From Hormiphora californensis (Eukaryota; Animalia; Ctenophora), in NCBI GenBank assembly GCA_020137815.1, contig CM035358.1, positions 2,852,001-2,916,000 on the forward strand: a stretch of DNA of 64,000 nt. Reading direction: 5' to 3'. Both the position numbers and the translations under genes were made by a program. Each line of letters starts with the position of its first letter. The stretch's first letter is position 1. Shown one piece after another: positions 24,567 to 39,129 of this stretch. The notes under the pieces were generated by a model. The model was not told the DNA's origin and did no database searches. It saw only the letters and a list, made by a program, of their open reading frames with translations.

Positions 24567-27500
24567 ATGAAACTTGGAGGGCTCTTGCTTCTCGCAACAG
24601 TTATCTCGGCGGTATGGTGCGAGTCATCTCGTAAGTTGAACTAATTTAATAAAATCAACCGTAAAACAAGTATGTCTTCTTGTAAAACCGCTTGCAAGAA
24701 GCGACCCTGAGACGTTTGCCTTTTTTACAAGATAGTCCCTGTTTACAGGTTGGATCACAGTGTCTGAGTTACCAGGTCCAACAGAAGATGAGTTGAAAAA
24801 ACTCAACGCCAAAGGTCTGAACTCGCATTCTGAAATGATTCACGTTATGCGATGGAACACAGATGGGCAGATTTTTGGAAAACAACACTCGGTCGGCCAA
24901 AAATATGTTATGTTCCTGGAGAAGAAAGATGGAGTGGCGATTAATATCATCTTTTCTCACAATGGAAACGAAATTACCAGGCTCCGCTGGGATGAAAACA
25001 GTATCGGAGAGATCGGTGATAAAAAATACTGTATCAACATAGCTACAACAGATGTTGACTGTTCATCAGCTGAATTCTGGATTGTAGCGAAAAATAAGGA
25101 TGATAATCCTTTGAACATCTACTGTGGTTCCCAGTTAAAGTTCCAAGTTAACGGTGGAGGTGATAATTGTATTTTCAAAAAGCATCCAGACGACACGTAC
25201 TTCCATTCTTCACTGAGCAATCACTATGTGTATTGGAGTGTACTTGAATTAGGTATGTAACACAAAATATATAAACTAAACTACATATTTGGTTTGTACA
25301 TAAAACATGATATTATTAGTTAATGAATTATTTAAATAATCTTTATTTACATAAAACGTATTTAAATGCACTATCAACTATGTTTATTATTTCGCAGGAT
25401 TGAGCTGCTACACAAATGGTAAATTTTTGTACGCTAAATCCGGAGCTCGAAAATGTAAATCATGTCCGAGTGTGAGCAGTCCCGATCCGATAACCTACAA
25501 TGGAGTTCAAGAAGCTTACAACTGTCTGAGTTTAACCCATCGATCACTTGATGGTCCCAGCTTTCACATTGGTATGTTTTAACGGGGTGTTAACTAGATA
25601 AGACTTGTATATTTGGTGAGACTGGACTGTCCTCTTAAGACTCTCCTTCTTGCTAAGGTATGTGCTCTAGCTGGTACCCGTTTTTAATTATTTTTCTGTA
25701 ATTTAGCTCGTGGCGAGCAGAAGTGTGAAGCATTTTTTTCATAGCACGAGTGGTTTTCTGTGTTTCCAATCTACGGACTTTTATATCAATCTTTTTAGAG
25801 TTCCAGGACTCTAACTCAGTCTGTTATGTAATCAGTCACCGATAGTTATGTGAGCCGATAGTAATGTGAGCCGGTGTTTTTCTTTATTAATTTTTGTTCT
25901 ATTAGGGATAAGTTGTCAAGGTCTTACTAGTATATTAACCGTTCAGATTATCCTTCAGTGACAGCATCAGTTTCGCTGCTCTGTCCCTGTCGGATATGGG
26001 CGGAATATAAACATGGTTATTATTATTATTATTATTATCTACAAATACGTTTTTCTCATAAATTTTTTTTTCAATTGTTCACCCCCCCCCCCTGGATCGT
26101 GCGCTGAATTGTTTTACGTATTTATCATGTAGTGTGTACCACAATATCTCACACGCACGAGTTTTGGGGTGAAAAAAATGGACTTTACGTCAAATCATAA
26201 ATCACCATCAGTTTTATTTTTATTTATCTGAGTTGCTTTTTTCAGGATGGTCACATGCTCCTGCCTGTGAAACATCGAACTGTGCAATCACCTTGAAAGA
26301 TTATAATACGATTACCTTCGAGATTCCTGATCCAAACCAAAACAATCAAGTTATGTTTTATGGCGGCTCGAATACGTCTCTTCAAGTTTTGGTTGACTTC
26401 GACCCGACAATTTCAAAGGTGTACTTTGGATGTGAAATAGAAGTGAACAACCTTGAAAACACACCAACTGTGGTAGAATTCACCAATAGTGGAATGATTG
26501 CTGGATGCTCAACTACTCTCAAGATCCAACTTGACCGAACAACTCCTGGAAATCCTGAGTTGCAAATCACGATCACCTGTGATAATTACTGGGGCCAGAA
26601 TGTTGTTTCACATCAACTTGACTGTATCAACCTGACACGTTTCTCCTTCTCGACAGACACGATTTACACCAATTATACTGAACTAGGTAAGCAGTGTGTG
26701 GGATTTAAGGGTACGCTAACCAAAAATTTTTTTCGAGTGCAGGGAAATCTCTCACCGTAGGGTTGTAGGCCATGCCAAGGAGACCTTAAATATGCAATTT
26801 GAGCTCTCAAGTCGAATTCATATTTTTGCTACAGCTATTTAAAAAATTTCCTGTAAATACGTTTTTGGCATCTCAAAAATTTTTTTTAAAAGATAGGAGC
26901 ATGAAAATTTGGGGATTTGAAGAGGACATGAAGGGGAATAACCACAAAAAAATTTTTTGCAATCCGAGCTGATTTCCGGTCCTGAGATGGATTTCTTTTT
27001 TTCCACTTTAACGCCCTATTTGGCAAAGTTCCGAAAACATGTGAAAGCTGTAAATTGGTGAAAAGTTGCGTCTAACGATTATCTAAGTGGCCATAAATTT
27101 TGGGCGTGTCCTTATTTGAAATAAGATGTACAGAGTTTTTTTTGTGAAAGCCGTCATTTCAGAAACAAATAAATTCCCTGTATCTCAAAAACGGCTGATC
27201 GTAGAGACCTGAGACTATGCTTAAACGATTCAGAAGGTCCGATTTTGGGGGGGTCTTCTGAGAGACATTTTGCTCCTACTTCAACCGTTTTTGCTGTAAT
27301 TGCGAAAAACAAAAACCCATCTTCGCCATCGTGGATTTTTTGTGATTTTGTTTTTGGTGATTATAGGGACCCATATGGACCAAATAGTGAAGGAATTAGC
27401 TTGTTACACATTTTTCCATAGTTTCGGTCCTTTCTTAGCCAAAATTCCCTAATTACAGGATATTGGAGTTTAGCTCTTGCCCTTTCCATAGAATTTGTTT

Positions 27501-30500
27501 TTCGCAATTACAGCAAAAACGGTTGAAGTAGGAGCAAAATGTCTCTCAGAAGACCCCCCCAAAATCGGACCTTCTGAATCGTTTAAGGGTACGCTAACCA
27601 AAAATTTTTTTCGAGTGCAGGGAAATCTCTCACCGTAGGGTTGTAGGCCATGCCAAGGAGACCTCAAATATGCAATTTGAGCTCTCAAGTCGAATTCATA
27701 TTTTTGCTACAGCTGCTTGAAAAATGAACTGAAAATAAGTTTTTGGCATCTCAAAAATTTTTTTTCAAAGATAGGAGCATGAAAATTTGGGGATTTGAAG
27801 AGGACATGAAGGTGAATAACCACAAAATTTTTTTTTGCAATCCGAGCTGATTTCCGGTCCTGAGATGGATTTCTTTTTTTCCACTTTAACGCCCTATTTG
27901 GCAAAGTTCCGAAAACATGTGAAAGCTGTAAATTGGTGAAAAGTTGCGTCTAACGATTATCTAAGTGGCCATAAATTTTGGGCGTGTCCTTATTTGAGAT
28001 AAGCTGTACAGAATTTTTTTTGTGAAAGCCGTCATTTCAGAAATAAATAAATTCCCTGTATCTCAAAAACGGCTGATCGTAGAGACCTGAGACTATGCTT
28101 AAACGATTCAGAAGGTCCGATTTTGGGGGGGTCTTCTGAGAGACATTTTGCTCCTACTTCAATCGTTTTTGCTGTAATTGCGAAAAACAAATTCTATGAA
28201 AAGGGCAAAAGCTAAACTCCAATATCCTGTAATTAGGGAATTTTAGCTAAGAAAGGACCGAAACTATGGAAAAATGTTTAACAAGCTAATTCCTTCACTA
28301 TTTGGTCCATATGGGTCCCTATAATCATCAAAAACAAAATCACAAAAAATCCACGATGGCGAAGATGGGTTATTGTTTTTCGCAATTACAGCAAAAACGG
28401 TTGAAGTAGGAGCAAAATGTCTCTCAGAAGACCCCCCCAAAATCGGACCTTCTGAATCGTTTAAGCATAGTCTCAGGTCTCTACGATCAGCCGTTTTTGA
28501 GATACAGGGAATTTATTTATTTCTGAAATGACGGCTTTCACAAAAAAAACTCCGTACAGCTTATCTCAAATAAGGACACGCCCAAAATTTATGGCCACTT
28601 AGATAATCGTTAGACGCAACTTTTCACCAATTTACAGCTTTCACATGTTTTCGGAACTTTGCCAAATAGGGCGTTAAAGTGGAAAAAAAGAAATCCATCT
28701 CAGGACCGGAAATCAGCTCGGATTGCAAAAAAATTTTTTGTGGTTATTCACCTTCATGCCCTCTTCAAATCCCCAAATTTTCATGCTCCTATCTTTGAAA
28801 AAAAAATTTTGAGATGCCAAAAACGTATTTTCAGGACATTTTTTAAACAGCTGTAGCAAAAATATGAATTCGACTTAAGGGCTAAAATTGCATATTTGAG
28901 GTCTCCTTGGTATGGTCTACAACCCTACGGTGAGAGATTTTCCTGCACTCGAAAAAAATTTTTGGTTAGCGTACCCTTAAACTTAAATTCTAAATGTATT
29001 AAATCACAACAAATAGAAACACGTTGGTTTACAAACAAATGTTTCGATCTTGCGATCTCATCAGTGTAACAGTGTAACTGATGAGATCGCAAGATCGAAA
29101 CATTTGTTTGTAAACCAACGTGTTTCTATTTGTTGTACTATCTGCTCTCGGTTCCACGCCGATAGAGCTCTCTTGTGGCCTACTGAAACAACCATATTGT
29201 TTTAAATCACCTAAAAACATTCCTCACCAGATTCTACGAACATGCAATGTGAAGTGGGATATGGTTTGTCTGAGTCCCAAGACTGTATAATGTGCACTAC
29301 AGGGTATTATAGTGATACAGTAGACGACCAGGCGTGTAAAGTATGCCCTGTTAACAGTGTTAGCAATTCTGCTTTCTCAGGATGTGGTAAGTTAAAATGG
29401 AAATAACCTTGCGTCCAATTAAATAATTCCCAGGAAGCTATACTTGTACACTTCAGGTTAAGTTTTGCTCGCCAATTGATGCAATTTATGTCAATTATAC
29501 TTCCTTTGCATAAGCTATGAAAAGCAATTTTATTACTCCTAAACACTAATAAATAATTCTTAAATTTCATTCAGTTTGTGCAGTGGGATATGCAGGACCC
29601 TATAGCGACTCTTGTACAGCATGTGACGCTGGTTCATACTCGGACGAAACTGGCGCAACTCAGTGTAAAACTTGTGACACTGGCCACGTTTCAACTTCAT
29701 CAGGAGCAACAAGTTGTGATCAGTGTCCGTCAGGAGCAACCAACAATGATGTTTTTACTAAGTGTGGTAAGTTCGAAAGAGTGAGACTTTTCTTTTCATA
29801 TCAGTGACTTGAAACTCTTTCAGTTTGCAAAGCGGGATATGCAGGAACCGATACATGCACACTGTGTGGAGCCGGTTCATACTCGGACCATACTGACACA
29901 ACTCAATGTACCAAGTGTGCTGAAGGATATATTTCAAGTTCACCAGGAGCAACAGAGTGCACTCCGTGTTCAACAGGATTCACCAGCAATGATGATTTTG
30001 ATCAATGTGGTAAGTATTCACTATTCAGACGGGAAACATATATCTTAGATAACATACATTTTACTCGACCCTTTTTCACAGTTTGTCCAACTGGAACCTA
30101 TGGAGACTCTCCTTCATCTTGTCAAGACTGCCCAGCCGGAACCTTCACTGACACCAAGGGTCAGGCTTCCTGTACACAGTGCGATGTGGGCTACTTTTCT
30201 AGTCAAGCAGCTTCTTCCTGCATGAAATGTGAAACAGGCTTCACTAATAATGCTGACTTCTCTGCTTGCGGTAAATCAATGTTTCCAATTTAAGTCCTAT
30301 TTTGTTGGTCTAGGTCCATTATACCCGGATTAATTAAGCTTTAAAAAACCCATCCTACACCCAACTAATCCCGTAATTATATTCAGTTTGTCCGGCGGGA
30401 TATGAACTAATTGGTGCAAGTTCATGTACACCTTGTTCTCCTGGTTCATACTCGGATGTTGCGGGTGCGAGTACATGTGCACAGTGTGACCCTGGTTCAT

Positions 30501-32047
30501 ACTCAGACGTTGCTGGTGCAAGTTCATGCAGACAGTGTGACCCTGGTTCATACTCGGTCGTTACTGGTGCAACTCAGTGTAAACCTTGTGACACTGGCTA
30601 CGTTTCACCTTCATCAGGAGCAACAGATTGCACTCAGTGTACAAAAGGAGCAACCAACAATGATGTTTTTACTGAGTGTGGTAAGTATTCAGACGGGAAA
30701 GCACAACTTAGATAATTAGTATTTTACTCGACCCTTTTTCACAGTTTGCCCAACTGGAACCTCTGGAGACTCTTCTTCATCTTGTCAAGACTGCCCAGCC
30801 GGAACCTTCACTGACACCAAGGGTCAGGCTTCCTGTACACCGTGCGATGTGGGCTACTTTTCTAATCAGAAGGCTTATTCCTGCATAAAATGTGACTCTG
30901 GGTTCACTAATAATCCTGACTTCTCTTCTTGTGGTAAATCATTGTTTCTAATTTGTTCCAGATTGCTCCACAACATTTGCCTTGCTCGGCCCTGTTTATT
31001 GAACAAAACAACACAAAATGACCTTGAGCTACCTTGACCTCATTTTAATCTTTCAGTGTGCCCCATTGGTACCTACATAGCGGGGTCTACCTGTGATAGT
31101 TGCCCTGACAACAAACTCAGTCCCATGGGATCACCTGACTCTGCATCTTGTACAGAAGGTAACGCTGCTTTGTAGTTTTTATAGTGGTTGGTAATTGTGT
31201 CACCCCTATCCCACACATAATACACACTATGACTGTAACAGTCGGACCCCGATTTGCCTTACTCAACAAGATTTACCGGGATCCTCGGGGGTAGCCATTT
31301 TGCACATGGGAAGGAGAGGGATGCAGGGGTGGCGGATCCAGGGAGAGGGGGCTGAGAACACAATTTGTTGAAAACTCTTTCCCCCTGTAGGGATCCCCAA
31401 GCTGTGTTATATTTCATAAAGCGTCACCCAAAGCGTTGTCCACGACGTCCGGTCCACTAACATTGTGTGCTTTTTGTGCGTCTTTTTGTACGTCGTGGAC
31501 AATGCTCTAGGCGGCGCTGTGCTGGCGGCCAATATGTTATTTGACGGAGCACCACTGTTAGATTTGACGTAATAAACGTTTTTTTTTGCAGATTGGATAG
31601 AGCTAGGTGAAGGCACCTACACGATTGATTTGAGGTCGGTCTCCAAAGTTTCGTTTAAGCTTCTAGCTGGTGTGGGTGCCATCGTAGTTTTCAAAACAGA
31701 TACTGCTGTGTTATGTGAACCTACTACTGGAGAAAGTGAATACAAGCTAGTGAAGACTGGAACTAAATGGAGGTAAGTCCCTATCCAATATTTAGGAACC
31801 CCGAACCAAATCTTCTTAATTGGAAGATCTGTAGAGCGATTCTTTAATAACAATCACATTTATTATAGCACATTCTTATTACTATCCCCACTATTTCAGT
31901 TGGTCCGGTATAACATGTGGAGATCCCTTCACCCTTACCAACTTAATTGTTACCTTGGGATCTACATCAGGATCCAGTTCTCCACTCCTCAAACTGAAAC
32001 CCGAAACACCAGATGGAGGTGATGATGATGATGACACTTTAAGTGCA
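24567..32047 (+). CDS. Secreted or surface protein A: signal peptide, uncharacterised N-terminal domains, then multiple Cys-rich Ephrin_rec_like (GCC2/GCC3-type) repeats
   Basis: Exons 24567-24630 (MKLGGLLLLATVISAVWC), 24749-25252, 25398-25571, 26246-26686, 29231-29386, 29575-29766, 29824-30009, 30082-30270, 30387-30680, 30745-30933, 31057-31158, 31592-31772, 31900-~32047. Repeat exons are phase 1-1 and encode CxxCxxGxYS..G.T.CxxCxxG motifs. The 3' end is uncertain and may extend to 32230. Confidence 0.8.
26709..28976. mobile_element. TTAA-targeting foldback element (Kolobok-like GG..CC termini): complete 1390-bp copy at 27587-28976 plus truncated copy at 26709-27586
   Basis: TTAA|gggtacgctaacc ... 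ggttagcgtaccc|TTAA; inverted arms of about 600 bp; the paralogous intron at ~34361-34380 lacks the insert (empty site). Confidence 0.85.
29006..29136. repeat. Perfect long hairpin / palindromic MITE
   Basis: About 60-bp arms acaacaaatag...ctcatcagt / actgatgag...ctatttgttgt with an ~11-nt loop. Confidence 0.85.
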
Positions 32048-32504
32048 AGTAAGTTGTTCCGTTCTGAAAACTCGTGGTTAGTAACAGATAAGTTAGTTTT
32101 AACTGAGTTTACAGATATATTGCTTTCCGTCTGTCGGTGTATAGTTGTATTCCGTTATTATAGGAATAAATATTACATTATCCTTCTCATGTTAATTATT
32201 AGTTTAGTGGTTGAGGGACCACTATGCTAATTTGGTTTGTTGCTAATTCGTAAGACAGACATACAGTGGATAGACACTTTCTATCGATCAGATTTGTGTT
32301 TTAGTCAGAAAAATACAGAAAGACAGACATCCAGACAGACACGAATTGTAAGAGCTGCCTGCTCTTTTTTTATAACCCCACACGCTAAGGAGGGGAGAGC
32401 CGATCAGGGATAGAAACTTCACTTTCCAATAACAGGGTCTCTCTCCCTTTCTATCATTCTCTATCTCTATCTCTATCATTCTCTCTCTCTCTCTTTCTCT
32501 CTCT

Positions 32505-32610
<106 letters not shown>

Positions 32611-32794
32611 CGAAAAGAAAAGGTAGGAGAGCAATCCTTGTGGTGTACTAAACAGAAGAGTTCAGTTGTTGAGCCATTACTGCTGATCTAACATAGAGCG
32701 TTGATCCCCTGTCCAGTATTCTTTGTTGTTCAGTTGTTTCGTTTTCAAAAACAGTTGTGTGGTAGGTGACATGTAAAGTTCGAAGATTTTCAAA

Positions 32795-35700
32795 ATGTTA
32801 CTCCGCCGAGGACTGGTCGCTTTGGCGGTGGTTCTAATTCTTGTTTCTTCTCAGTCAACCCGTAAGTAAACAGCAAGAAATCATTTTATTTATCCGAAGT
32901 CGGATTATTTTCATTTTGTGGTTGAATGGCCTGCCCATTTTCTTAAACTGAATTTCACCAATACAAGTAAACTGATCTTTTTAGGTTGGATCACTGTTTC
33001 TGAGTTACCAGGGCCAACAGAAGATGAGTTGAACAAACTCAACGCCAAAGGTCTAAACCCGAATTCTGAAACGTTTCACGTTATGCGATGGAACACAGAT
33101 GGGCAGATTTTTGGAAAACAACACTCAGTCAGCCAAAAATATATAATGTTCCTGGAGAAGAAAGATGGAGAGGCGATTAATATCATCTTTTCTCACAAAG
33201 AAGACCAAGTTACCAGGCTCCTCTGGGATGAAAACAGTATCGAAGAGATCGGTAGTAAAACTTACTGTAGCGATTACATAGCTACAATAGCTACAGTTGA
33301 CTGTTCATCGGCTGAATTCTGGATTGTAGCGAAAAATAAGGACAAAGAACCTTTGAACATCTACTGTGGTTCCCAGTTAAAGTATCAAGTTAAAAGTGCA
33401 GGTACTGATTGTATTTTTGAAAAGCATCCAGACGACACGTACTTCCATTCTTCACTGAGCAATCACTATGTGTATTGGAGTGTACTTGAATTAGGTACGT
33501 AACACAAAATATATAAACTAAACTATTGAGTTTGTACATAAAACATTAGAATTATTAAAATATTCTGTAATCTGTATTTACATAAAACGTATTACATGCC
33601 ACGCTGAGTATTCAAATACACTATACTATTTCTCAGATTCGAGCTGCTACACAAATGGTCAATATGTGTACGCTAAATCTGGAACTGGAGAATGTAAATC
33701 ATGTCCGAGTGTGAGCAAGCCCTTTCCGATAATCTACAAGGGAGTTCAAGAAGCTTACAACTGTCTGAGTTCAACCCATCGACCGCTTGTTGGTCCCAGC
33801 TTTCACATTGGTAAGTCTTAACTAAACAGTTCTACCTAAATACGCCTAAATAAAATAGTTTTATATATCACGATCAGTTTTATTTTTATTTACCTGAGTT
33901 GCTTTTTTTCAGGATGGGCACATGCTGATGCCTGTGAAACATCGAACTGTGCAATCACCTTGAAAGATTATAATACGATTACCTTCGAGATTTCTGATCC
34001 AAACCAAAACAATCAAGTTATCAAGTTTTATGGCGGCTCGAATACGTTTCTTCAAGTTTTGGTTAAATTTAGCTCGACAACTGCAGAGGTGTACTTTGGT
34101 TGTAATATAGCTGTGAACGATATTCCTTCTACAGCAATAGCTAAAGAATACATTAATAGTGGAATGATTGCTGGATGCTCAACTACTCTCAAGATCCAAC
34201 TTGACCGAACAAATCCTGGGTATCCCGTGCTGCAGTTCGCTTGTGATGATAACTGGGACGAGACTTTTGTTTCACATCAGATTGCCTGTATCAACCTGAC
34301 AAGTTTCTCCTTCTCGACAGACATGATTTACACCGGTTATACTGAACAAGGTAAGCAGTGTGTGGGATTTAACTTAAATTTAATTTACTTAAACCATTCC
34401 TCGCCAGAGTCTACGAACATGCAGTGTGGACTGGGCTATGGTTTGTCTGGATCCCAAGTCTGTATGATGTGCACTGAAGGGCATTATAGTGATACAGTAG
34501 ACGACCAGGCGTGTAAAGTATGCCCTGAAAACAGTGTTAGCAATTCTGATTTCTCAGGATGCGGTAAGTTAAAATGGAAATAACCTTGCGTCGAACTAAG
34601 ACCCGTATTTGTTTCTCGAAAGTCTAAATCCTTAATATTTATATAGTTAACTTTATTCAGTTTGTAATGCGGGATATGGACCAACTGATAGCGGTACACA
34701 CTCTAGCGATACTACTCAATGTTCATGTGGAGAAGGATATTATATTTCACCGGGAGAAGCAACAGTATCACCAGGAGCAGCAGATTGCACTAAGTGTCCA
34801 TCAGGAGCAACAAACAATACTGATTTTACTAAGTGTGGTAAGTTCGAAGACAATACTGATTTTACTAAGTGTGGTAAGTTCGAAAACAATACTGATTTTA
34901 CTAAGTGTGGTAAGTTCGAAGACAATACTGACTTTACTAAGTGTGGTAAGTTCGAAAGCTAGTGTATTTAGGTACTTACCAGTAACTTGAAACTCGTTTA
35001 GTTTGTGAAATGGGATATGCAGGAACCGATAGCAACGCTTGTACAGCATGTGTCGCTGGTTCATACTCGGCCGCTACTGGTTCAACTCAATGTACCAAGT
35101 GTGCCTACGGATCTATTTCAATTTCACCAGGAGCAACATGGTGCACTCAGTGTCCGTCAGGAGCAACCAACAATGATGATTTTACTGAGTGTGGTAAGTT
35201 TGAAAGAGTGAGACTTTTCTTTTCATATCAGTGACTTGAAACTCTTTTAGTTTGTGCAGCGGGATATGCAGGAACCGATAGCAACTCTTGTACAGCCTGT
35301 GACGCTGGTTCATACTCGGACGTTACTGGCGCAACTCAGTGTAAAACTTGTGACACTGACTACGTGTCAACTTCATCAGGAGCAACAAGTTGTACCGAGT
35401 GTACAAAAGGAGCAACTAACAATGATGTTTTTACTGAGTGTGGTAAGTGTTTAGGCAGGAAAGCACAACTTAGATAATTAACACACATTTTACACGACAT
35501 TTTCCCTGCCCGGATGAATGCCTTGCAAAAAGGCATAGCAGGGTTAGAATTTGAAAATGACATAATAATTAAATGTTCACCGTTACCTGCTACGCAACTG
35601 CTCCTTCATAAACCACTTCAATGACACGTTTTCATGAAATGTTTGGCGCATATTGTGGGGTTAATGCAACTTTCCTGACAGTGGTCATCCGACATATTCC

Positions 35701-37876
35701 GACGTGAAATTCGACCTGAATCTCGACCTGGAATGAGGCGCGCATCAGAGAGATTCATTCCAGGTCGAGATTCAGGTCGAATTTCACGTCGAGGTATGGC
35801 AATTATGTCGGATGACCACTGTGAGCCGCGAGTAGATACCGTTCCAGGAAAAGTATCCAGGTGCTTCACACGGCATAGCTGATAGCAGGGTTATAACATA
35901 ATGCGAATAATCTTGTTTACAGTTTGCCCAACTGGAACCTCTGGAGACCCATCATCTTGTCAAGACTGCCTGGCCGGAACCTTCACTGACACCAAGGGTC
36001 AGGCTTCCTGTACACAGTGCGATGTGGGCTACTTTTCTAGTCAGGCAGCTTCTTCCTGCACTCAATGTGACTCTGGGTTCACCAATAATGCTGACTACTC
36101 TTCTTGCGGTAAATCAATTTTTCCAATTTAAGTCCTATTTTGTTGGTCTAGGTCCATTATATCCGGATTAATTAAGCTAACAAAATCCCATCCTACACCC
36201 AACTAATCGCGTAATTATATTCAGTTTGCAAAGCGGGATATGAACTAACCGATGGCAGTACATGTACACAGTGTGGAGCCGGCTCATACTCGGACTACAC
36301 TGACGCAACAGAATGTAAACCTTGTGACACTGGCTACATTTCACCTTCATCAGGAGCAACAACTTGTACCATGTGTCCATCAGGAGCAACCAACAATGAT
36401 GTTTTTACTGAGTGTGGTAAGTTTGAAAAAGAGTGACTTTAATTGAAACTCTTTTACCACTGAGTGTGGTAAGTTCGAAAGTGATAGATTTGTCTTTTCT
36501 TATATGAGTACCTAAGTGTAACTTGAAACTCGTTTAGTTTGTCTGGCGGGATATGCAGGAACCGATAGCAACGCTTGTACAGCATGTGGAGCTGGTTCAT
36601 ACTCGGCCGTTACTGACACAACTCAATGTACCAAGTGTGCTGAAGGAACTATTTCAAGTTCACCAGGAGCAACAGAGTGCAGTCAGTGTTCAACAGGATT
36701 CACCAGCAATGATGATTATGATCAATGTGGTAAGTATTCACTATTCAGACGGGAAACATATATCTTAGGTAACATACATTTTACTCGACATTTTTTCACA
36801 GTTTGCCCAACTGGAACCTATGGAGACTCTTCATCTTGTCAAGACTGCCCAGCCGGAACCTTCACTAACACCAAGGGTCAAGCTTCCTGTACACAGTGCG
36901 ATGTGGGCTACTTTTCTAGTGGAGGGGCTTCTTCCTGCACGAAATGTGACTCTGGGTTCACTAATAATGCTGACTTCTCTGCTTGCGGTAAATCAATGTT
37001 TACAATATTTTTAGACTCCACAATATAACCAACTGAGCTACCTTGACCACATTTAAATCTTTCAGTGTGCCCCATCGGTACATCAGGGTCTACCTGTGAT
37101 AGTTGCCCTGACAACAAACTCAGTCCCATGGGATCACCTGACCCTGCATCTTGTACAGAAGGTAGATTAACTTGCTGTCCTGCTGAGTGGCTTTCTCACG
37201 TTTGACCTACACCAAGTCTTACTGTTATTGATAATTAGTTTATGGTTAAATAATATTAATTTTATCAGATTGGATAAAGCTAGGAGAAGGCACCTACACG
37301 ATTGATCTGAGTTCGGTCTCCAAAGTTTTGTTTAAGCTTCTAGCTGGTCAGGATGCCATTGTAGTTTTCATGACAGATACTGCTGTGTTATGTGAACATA
37401 CTACTAGTACTGGACTAAGTGAATACAAGCTATTGAAGACTGGAGATGAATGGAGGTAAGTCCCTTTCCAAGACAGATATATGTAGATTCTACACATTGT
37501 AGAATGTGTGACCTGACGTTCTACGTGACGCCACTTTTGGGTGATGGAATTTCACTTTTGTTGCCAAATCACAATTATAGCACATGCGCTTGTCCGTTTC
37601 GTGTCTTCGTATCGCATACTTCCATCTACTGACTAAACAAAATAGTCAAGATAGCACATTCTTATTCATTGTTATTACTATCCCCACTATTTCAGTTGGT
37701 CCGATATAACATGTGGAGATCCCTTCACCCTTACTAATTTAATTGTTACCCTGGGATCTACATCAGCATCCAGTTCTCAAATCCTCAAATTGAAAGCAGA
37801 AACACCAGGTGGTGGAGAAGGTGGTGGTGGTGGTGATAGTGGTGGAGGTGATAAGGAAAGTCTAACGGGAAAGATA
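32795..37876 (+). CDS. Secreted or surface protein B, tandem paralog of A with a different number and order of Cys-rich repeat exons
   Basis: Signal exon 32795-32861 (MLLRRGLVALAVVLILVSS). Exon 32985-33494 is highly similar to 24749-25252. Repeat exons run from 34409 to 37161. C-terminal exons ~37269-37455 and 37697-~37876 are homologous to A. The final exon and stop are uncertain. Confidence 0.8.
34815..34957 (+). repeat. 4 x 36-nt tandem repeat spanning a 5' splice site
   Basis: Unit caatactgattttactaagtgtg|gtaagttcgaaRa; donor GTs at 34838, 34874, 34910, 34946. Confidence 0.9.
35679..35822. mobile_element. Hairpin MITE within an intronic insertion of gene B
   Basis: acagtggtcatccgacata..cgacgtgaaattcgacctgaatctcgacctggaatga / tcattccaggtcgagattcaggtcgaatttcacgtcg..tatgtcggatgaccactgt. 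Confidence 0.7.
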
Positions 37877-38736
37877 AGTAAGTATAGTACGTCATACTAG
37901 TATTGGTAAGTTTGGACTGAGACAATAAGTACAATTCAGTGGGTTTGTGTATTATTACACCTGCACTGGTTGGAAGTTTGGTGACTGAATGACTCATGTT
38001 GTAAGTTTCTGTCAAGTGTGTTTGATTGTCCATGTCAGTTCATACCTTTCATGAACGTTTGTTGCCCAATTGTTTGTACAATCATTGCATTGTTACTGAT
38101 AGGGCAGTAACAGCTTATGTCCAATTTCCATAGTCCCCTAAAACATATCTGTCGTTATCTGACTTGTTTAGCACGGCAACTATTGTTGAGCAACATTATA
38201 GGAGACAGTGACAATAAAAACTAAGAATTACAATACAGACGGTGATCAGACAGAGAATATAATCAAACAGAAATCTTGAGTGGTTTGGTAATCCTTCTCG
38301 TTCTTGTGATACACGACTTATCATGGTGCGTACAGCTACGCAATGCTGGTTTTTAGTACCCTGATCGTGGTAATTAGTTTGCCAATAATAACCAAGCCAG
38401 ATGCACAAATAACGTTTTAGGCCTCACATATCCAACATGGACACTGACCTGTTCATCCGAACCCTTGATGTTAATTATAATCATTAATTTTAAAGGTCAG
38501 ATATTTTAAGTTGCTTATAAAATTGCTACACAGCTGCAATAGCAACCTTTTTATGATGGATTTTTTCAGTTTTCAAAGCGTGATAATTCCAACTTGATCA
38601 GAGATTCCTGATTTATTTCCTGTTTCACGAGTGAATCTGCACACCAGCGAGAGGTAAAGATAGATTCAGTCTGTCGTGTGTTAGCTCCGTTTAGTACACC
38701 CGATAGTATTGTTCTTAGATTGAAGATTCGCTGTTT

Positions 38737-39129
<393 letters not shown>

